This document shows, piece by piece, positions 42,501-51,500 of a stretch of 64,000 nt of DNA; positions within the stretch are counted from its first letter, which is position 1, and the number at the start of each line of letters is the position of its first letter. The translations under genes and the position numbers were made by a program. The notes beneath the pieces were generated by a model. It was not told the DNA's origin. It made no database searches and saw only the letters and a program-made list of their open reading frames with translations. Source of the stretch: Lytechinus pictus. Taxonomy: Eukaryota. The DNA lies in contig NC_087250.1 in NCBI RefSeq assembly GCF_037042905.1, positions 15,812,001-15,876,000 of the forward strand. The letters run 5' to 3'.

Positions 42501-45500
42501 TAGGTTAAGTTAAACTGAAGTTATCACGTTTACAAGGACTGCAGAAGGGTAAGATGAAAACATGTCACTGTGACCTTGACCTTTGACCTTTTGACCTCAA
42601 AATCAAGAGGCTTCCTGGGATCCATGATAGTATCCTACATACAAAATTATATGAGCCTAGGTTAACTTAAATTGATGTTATCTCGTTTACAAGGAAAAGT
42701 TAACGGACGGACGGACACCGAGCGTGATACCATAATACGTCCCGTCGAGATGGGCGTATAAAAAGTAGGAGCTGATCAAAGGAGCGCAGAAGGGGAGGGC
42801 CATGCATGCCCATAGCATACAAACCTCGTTGTTAGCGTGAGAGGGCCATGCTTAGCTTACCTATTTTTCTATACTCTTATACGTTTAATTATGGAGTGAC
42901 AAGGACAAAAGAGTTGTTACTGAGACTCCTATGAAACAAACAAAAATGAAAAAACCAGGAGCTCAAGAAATGAGCGCAGAAGGGGAGGGGGCCAGGCTTG
43001 CCCTATTTTTTTAAAAACATTTTATACTTTTACTTATAATTATGGAATGAAAAGCACCTAAAAGTTGTCGTTACTCTGACTCCTATATACATAAAATGGG
43101 GGGAAAATATCAGCAAATGAGCAGAAAATAACTGAAATTAGCAAACTTGACCGTCTATATCGATTGAATGTTCTATGATTTTAACAAGCACCAAAAGTTG
43201 TTTCTGAGACTCCTATGAAACAAAAAAAAAACCTAAAAACAGAGCAAAAGAAAACAATGGCTGGATTGAAAGAGTGTAGAATTAGAGGAGGGGCTTGGCC
43301 TATTTTTTTTTCAAACGTATCGTACTTTTAAATTATGGAATAACAAGCACCAAAAAGCTGTTTTATGACAATAAGCCTGTTCACGGTTGTAAACTGCGCA
43401 CAAGCAGAAAAAGGTCATTTGAGATAAACCATGAAGGTGGCTTTCAAATTCACTGACATAGGCATTTGTGATTTAATGATTATTCATGTATTCCTTTCAG
43501 AATATTCATTTTATCACATCCAAGCTGAAGAGTAATAAATAGAGCCTTCATAATCACTGGTATTTGACAGTAGCCTAAACAATAGTCAAATGTGCCAAAG
43601 GCAGACAATAGAACAGATTTCCAAACTTTATCCCTGATGTACTATTCTAGTCACCTGGTCTATACAATGCCTTTTGTTTTTAGAATTTGAATACTCTACC
43701 GGTAAAGCTTACGCAACATCTACATTTGAAAATGATAGTGCTTATCCTAATGAAAAATCACAAAGGTCATTTGAGAAAAGTTGATCATGAGCTAACCGTG
43801 AACTGGCTTATTATTCACTGCGTATCTCCAACCCCCTACCCCACCTCTCATCAATTTAAAGGACAAGCCCACCCCCACAAAAAGTTGATTTGAAAAAACA
43901 AGCATAATGCTGACAATTTCATCAAAAACGGATGTAAAATAAGAAAGTTATGACATTCTTTAAGTTCACTCAATTTCTCAAAACAGTTATATGCACATCC
44001 TGATTGGTATGCAAATGAGGGGACAGATGATATCACTCACACACAATTTCTTTTGTATTTCATTATATGAAATATGACTTTTTTTTTCTCCCCATGGTCA
44101 TGTGAAAGTTTTATTCCTCCCTGAACATGTAAAAGTACTATATGGTTCAGTCAAGTTGGTCATTATTGTCAAATCTGTAAAAATTGAAGTAATATTGCAT
44201 AATTCAAAAAATAAAAAACAAAATAAATGAGTAATGGACATCATCAATTGCCTCATTTGCATGTCACTGAGTTGTGCATATCACTGTTTTGTGAAAAATA
44301 GGCGAAAATTTAAAATATCATAACTTTCTTATTTTACATCAGATTTTGATGAAATTTTCAGCATTAAGCTAGTTTGATTTTTCTCTATTGATTCATATCA
44401 ACATTTTTCTGGGGTGGATTTGACCTTAAAGAATTCCTAGTCCCGGTGAGACAACAACAAAAATTAATTGATGGTGACAATTTTGTAATGACAGTGATCA
44501 ATAATTATTTCAGTGATGAGGAATGATAAATAGCTATAAGCTACAAAATGGTTTGGTGAATTCCCCTTATAATCAAATTTATCAATATTCTAATGTTAAG
44601 GGTGGGAAGAGCAAATTAATATTGGCTTTACTGTTCCTTGATGTATAGGTGGCAATAACATGTGGGAAATATAAATGTTTCCCTTTATGCCTGTATTTTC
44701 ATTTGCACTGCACTGGAAATAAATAATAACAATAATAATATTCAACAACCATTGCTGGATAATTCCAAGTAACAATTATTACCATTTAATCCTTGCATAG
44801 CGCATATCTCACGCGACAGAATATAAGAAAGAAAGGTAGAGATTGATAAATCAAGAAATAAATTGTTTAGAATTAGAATAATTGAATAAATAAACAGAGA
44901 AAATTGTCAAAGAAGTTGGACAGAGGGGTGGAATCTACACGTGACATGAATTAACATCAAAATATAAATGAATTGGGCTGTCATGAGGAATAGCGGAAAG
45001 AGAATACTCACAAAAGCTCAATCGATGTTCCCCAGAAAAACTTTCTCGGTAAGATGGTCAATGAATTGCTATTTAGGTTTCTAGAATTTAAAAAAAATAC
45101 AAAATTTGGGGCATTTAATATCATTCTTATTTATCAGTATAGTCAAGGCATTAGAGTAAAGCAATATGACATTTGGGAACAGGTTTCAATTTGCGATGTT
45201 AGTAACATTGAAGGCACCCCATATTTTCACAATGTAAATGCAAGAGCAAGCAGCACAAAAACCACATGCTTGTCGCACATTGTGAATACCAGGCCCGGTT
45301 GCCATTTTTCATTGTCCATTACAAGCTAAATTACGCTCCCATAAATAATTAATAAACTTGGCTAATATTTTACATGTCTTTGATTAACACCTTGAGGGTG
45401 CTGCTTTGCCCTTATTACAGTCACTCCTGTGCATACTTTGTGACAGTGGCAGATCGGGGGGGGGGGGGGCAAATCTGGACTACCCTTGGCCCTCCCCCCC

Positions 45501-48500
45501 CCCCTTGAGAGGCACAAAACATATCTTTTAGTGAAATATGCAGGGATGCCACTAGGTGTCCTCCAAAAATACTGAAACTTATCGCGGGCCGGGATGCGGG
45601 GATAGTGTCCAAGAATTTTTTTTTTTGGGGGGGTCCACCTTTAATTTTGGGATGGACACATGTCACAGGTAAAAAATTGGACAAGCAAAAAAAAAAAAAA
45701 AAAAAAAAAAAATGGAGGTGGGGGGTCCGCCCCCACCTTAAATTTAGGGGAGGGGGGAGGACCAAGTGGCTTCTTACCTTGTTGTGATCGATGACTTTGA
45801 AGTCAATTAGGTTTGAAAAACTGACGGTAGTTAGTTGTGTGTTTCTCATAGAACGCTAGACCAAAAGCTTCAGTCTCTGTATTTTGGTTGTTCAGCTGAA
45901 CCGAGTTAGCTCCACTCACCAATACATAGACTGAAGAGTTGTTGGCCCGTACATAAAGACAACGTATCAGCTCACCCAGGGCTAGCTGATACGTAACCCA
46001 AGGAGCTCCGGCCCGCTTTCCGGGCCGGAGCTCCCTGGGTTCCGTATCAGCATGCAGCAGTAACGTTAGATCTAACATTCGGCGGAAACCCGATTTTCGG
46101 ATCGTTTTTGGTACATAAAATGTCACATTATAAAAAAATAATCACATCCAAACTTACGAAAAAATATATAAAATTCAGAAACATCGTACCTTACACCGTA
46201 GTTACCGCTAATTCCTTTCAAATGATGATCAAAACTTAGTCATCCTCGAATCCTTCGTTGGACATCGTAAGTTGCCATCTTGGATGACGTCATCATATTT
46301 ACAGACGTATTTACCAGTCGCTATTATACCGCGATTCGTGCCGCTACTTTGCGCTTGTGTATGTGCGTGCGTTCGGAACTTGTCGCTCGCATTGATTGGC
46401 CAGGATATCGATAATTCTAATCAGAAAGCCTTGATAAAAGCATAACTCAATGAACGTAGTAGGCAGTGCGCGCGTTTATAAATTATGTACTGTATAAAAG
46501 CAAATATCTCGGGGAAACATCTCTCACTCGGTCGATCGACATGCATCGCAATCGGGAGAGATAGGGGGGAAAAAGGAGGACTTTCCCGTTTTTTTAATAC
46601 ACAGAAAACAGGAAAAGTCGGAAATACGGAAATAAGACAGATAGCAGGAAAAAAGCCGGAATTCCGTATAAATACGGAAAAGTGGCATCCCTGAATATGT
46701 CATGCATGGGCAAGTGAGGACCTTTTTTTTCCTTGTCAAATTGTTCATGGATCAAAATGACATCGATTTGGATCCACCCATAATTTGTAATATGTACCAT
46801 TCAAGAAATCAATTGAGCAATGGCCTTTAAATGTTCAAAAACGAATCCAGCCCATGCCATGGTAGTTTGAATACAAAGCTTTAAAAAAAGTGAGCTTCAG
46901 TTGATGTAATGCCATTCATTAACAATAATGCACTCATCAACTACTTGTGCAATACAATTCATGCAAATGGACATAACTCGGGAATATATCTCCAGTATCC
47001 CGTGACACAATAATTACTCACAGATTTTTCAGACTCGGAGGGAAAGCTGCAAATGGTTCTGTTGGAGTGTACACAAGGTGATTTCTTGAAAAGTCACTGA
47101 AATAAAAGCAAAATTATTTAGAGTAATCTTTGATGAGCTTTAAATCCTCAAATTGGCATCATTGATATATTATGTCTTATGTGGAGGAACAGTGGCCGAG
47201 AGGTCCAAGGCCCCTGACTAGACACATGGAAGTCTGGGTTCCGATCCCTGGCCACACCACCTATGCCTGTGAGCAAGGTATTTAAAGGTCAAGTCCAGCC
47301 CAGAAAAATGTTGGTTTGAATAAACAGAGACATTTTAAAGTTTTGCTTATTTTCTCAAAACAGTTATATGCACTAATCAGTGACATGCAAATGAGAGAGT
47401 CAATGATGTCCATCACTCACTATTTCTTTTGTTTTTTATTGCTTGAATTATACAATATTTCAATTTTTACAGATTTGGCAATAAGGACCAACTTGACTGA
47501 ACCATAACATGTTAAAACAATGGTAATACCACATGTTCAGGGAGGAATAAAACTTTGTTTCACAGGACAACAGGGAGAAAATTGGAATATTCCATATTTC
47601 ATATAATAAACTACAAAATAAATAGTGAGTGATTGATGTCATCAGTCCCCTCATTTGCATACTGACCAGGATGTGAATATAACTGTTTTGTGAAATTCAG
47701 CGAAACTTTAAAATTTCATAACTTTCTTATTTTATATCCAATTTTGATGAAATTTTCAGTGCTATGCTTGTTAGATTTTTCTCTTTTTGTTGAGGTGGAC
47801 TTGTCCTTTAATAATGCATTACTGTAAAGCTCTTAGAGACTACTGATGAAGTGTTATTACCCAACAGTGCTCTTTTATCCAACATTAAAATAAATGGAAA
47901 TGCATTCTTGGTAAATATGTGTGCCCTTGTTTAAAAAGGATCGTCTCTATCGTTAGGCAAAAGAACAGAGTCAAGAATAGGTGGAGATTTATTTCGATAA
48001 ATGCGAACAAGATTAAAACTTGACAATTCTAGTAATAACAGAAGTTTTGGTATTTCCAAAAAATATCAACTTTTTTACCTACACCCCTTTTTAATGAGAG
48101 TGCCCCACCCCTTTTTATTACACCTCTTTGTAATGACAGTGACTACAAAGGTTATACAAAAATTATTTCTTTTACTTTAAGCCTACATGTAATGACAGTG
48201 CCCCTGCCTTCCCCCCCCCCCCCCACACACACACAAATAATACAAATATTATTACTTTTACTTTGTACACTGCCTTGTTACAGTGCCTTCCCCCTTTGGA
48301 CTTATGCCTCCTTGTAATGAAAATGCCCCCCCCCCCCCGGATCAAACAGTGATAACATTCACTTACGCCTCTATCAGTTCAGTGCAGGCAGTTACTGGTG
48401 GAATCTTGGTTATGTCACTATTGTGTATGATTCTATGCAATGAAAAACGGGGAAATAGAATACATGTAAGCATTCTGATATTTATATAAGTGCAATTATG

Positions 48501-51500
48501 TTTTTACAAAAAAATAGACGGCACAAACTATATATATAAAAAAACACCAGTCACTTTACACCATTAAAATTGGTGGGTTATTCTCACAAAACCTGAAAGT
48601 ACCTTTGGTGTTATCAACTCTATGGTGTAATTCTAACACCTTATAATGTGATCCTATAGGGAAAACAAATGGTGTCAGTTTTATAACACCCCATTTTTGC
48701 ACATTTTAACACATGGATAAACACTCCAATATTACCTTTGGAACACCTCTAACGGTGCAAAACATTTTTACTTTTTCAGAAAGAACATTGCCAAGCGAAG
48801 TTGCACCATTAAGTGCACTTTTCTATAATTGCAATATTACTAAAAACTGAAAATGAGGTAACAAGAAATTGGCGAAACAGCTGGGCCATTATTCTAAAAA
48901 TGTGCTAATAGGCTAATTCTGTGATTTTGTAGGAAAATTAATTTGGTACAGTATTTGTTATTTTTTCTTTGCAAGAGTATAACAGGATAAAAAAGCCTTT
49001 CAAATATTACAGCGAATAACTACGTAAAGGTTTTCCTTTTTACTTGAAACAAATAGACCTTAAGCATAAGACGTCATAATCTCATAACACTCTCCCTCAG
49101 AGGATAGGAATACGCATGAAGAGAGCTATCATATATGCGCCAACTGCAGTTCACCAATGCATGCACGGCAATGGCTTAAGCCTCTAAGAAGGCTGTCCGA
49201 TGATGTAAATGCATAAGGTATCGATTAAGCCTCTAAGAGGACTGCCCGATGATGTAAATGCATAAGGTATGGCATAGGTCTATGAGATGGCGGCCTGATG
49301 ACGTAAATGCATAAGGTATGGCTTAAGCCTCTAAGAAGGCTGCCCGATGATGTAAATGCATAATGTATCGCTTAAGCCTCTAAGAAGGCTGCCCGATGAT
49401 GTAAATGCATAAGGTATTGCTTAAGCCTCTAAGAGGACTGCCTGAAGATGTAGTATGGCTTAAGCCTATAAGATGGAGACTGATGATGTAAATGCATAAG
49501 GTATGGCTTAAGCCTATAAGATGGCTGCCAGATGATGTAAATGCATAAGGTATGACATACATGTAGGTCTATAAGATGGCGGCCTGATGACGTAAATGCA
49601 TAACGTATGGCTTAAGCCTATGAGATGGCGGCCTGATGATGTAAATTCATAAGGAATTGCTTAAGACTGTAAGAAAGCAGCCTGATGACGTAAATGCATA
49701 AAGTATGGCATAAGCCTATAAGATGGCGGCCTGATGACGTAAATGCATAAAGTATGGCTCGAGCCTATAAGGTGGCGGCCTGATGGCGTAAATGCATAAC
49801 ATATGGCTTAAGCCTATAAGATGGAATCTGATGATGTAAATGCATAAGGTATGGCTTAAGCCTATAAGATGGCTGCCAGATGATGTAAATGCATAATGTA
49901 TCGCCTAAGCCTCTATAAGTGGACTGCCCGATGATGTAAATGCATAAGGTATTGCTTAAGCCTCCCAGGCCCCCCCCCCCTTGAGATCTCGGCTGATGAA
50001 TGTAAATGCATAAGGTATCGCTTAAGCCTCTAAAGAGGACTGCCCGATGATGTAAATTCATAAGGTATTGCTTAAGCCTCCCAGGCCCCCCCCCCCCTTG
50101 AGATCTCGGCTGATGAATGTAAATGCATAAGGTATCGCTTAAGCCTCTAAAGAGGACTGCCCGATGATGTAAATTCATAAGGAATGGCGTAGGCCTATTA
50201 ACGATGGCTGCCTGATGAAGTAAATACATAAGGTATGGCTTAAGCCTATAAGATGGAGTCTGATGATGCTAATGCATAAGGTATAGCTTAGGCCTATAAG
50301 ATGGCTGCCCGATGACGTTAATGCATAAGGTATGGCTTAAGCCTATAAAATCACTGCCTGATGACATAAATGCATAAGGTATGGTTTAGGCCTATTAACG
50401 ATGGCGGCCTGGTGGCGTAAACACATAATGTATGCTGCCCAACTTTGGCAAAGGGAAGCAAGTGACACATCAGTCAAATTTGAGTTATCGTTGTTTCTGA
50501 AACACCCTTTACATATGTTGCATGTTCTGGCAAAATTTGGGGAAGAAATGATCGTTCTATGGAAAGATATTAAAGAAAATATGCTGTTAAATTGCATTGA
50601 TTCCTATGTAAATGATGAACACACATTGCTCATTTACAACAAATACTTTTGTAAATTGCTTAATTCCTTTTGCCAAAGTACGGCAGTATGGCTTTTAAGC
50701 CTATAAGATGGCAGCTTGACGTATATGCATAAGGTATATCTTCAGCCTCCAAGAAGGCTGCCCAATGGTGTAAATGCATAAGGTATGGCTTAAGCCTATA
50801 AGATGGCAGCCTGAAGTAAATGCATAAGGTATATCTTCAGCCTCCAAGAGGGCTGCCCGATGGTGTAAATGCATAAGGTATGGCTTAAGCCTATAAGATG
50901 GCAGCCTGACGTAAATGCATTTATAAGGTATATCTTCAGCCTCCAAGAGGGCTGCCCGATGGTGTAAATGCATAAGGTATGGCTTAAGCCTATAAGATGG
51001 CAGCCTGACGTAAATGCATAAGGTATATCTTCAGCCTCCAAGAGGGCTGCCCGATGGTGTAAATGCATAAGGTATGGCTTAAGCCTATAAGATGGCAGCC
51101 TGACGTAAATGCATAAGGTATGGCTTAAGCCTAGAAGATGGCGGACAATTAACGTAAAAGAACAAGGTCCACAGATGAAATTTCCATACTTACAATCGTT
51201 CTAAGGACCCACATGACTTAAACGTGTCCGGATCAATAGGTTCCAATGGGGATGAATATATTTCTCTAGATAAAACAGAAAGCAAATTATTACATTAATG
51301 GCCACCATGATCAGTCTACAAGTACAACCAGACGCGTGCACTCGTTAAGGGTATCAAAACCACTAATTAAAAAAAGATGGTTTTAAATATGACTGGTAAA
51401 TCGCAGGGTCAAATACAAATAGGTTATGTTTTTTTCCAAAGCTTTTTTTTTTAAGACTTATAGCCAAACGTGTTTAGGGTACCGTATGTTTTTTCCCTCT

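Noticed and set aside
49170..51140. CRISPR-like array or repeat-protein ORFs (e.g. 49765..50229)
   Set aside because: The variable parts are point variants of one 49-bp unit; the ORFs are chance products of the repeat.
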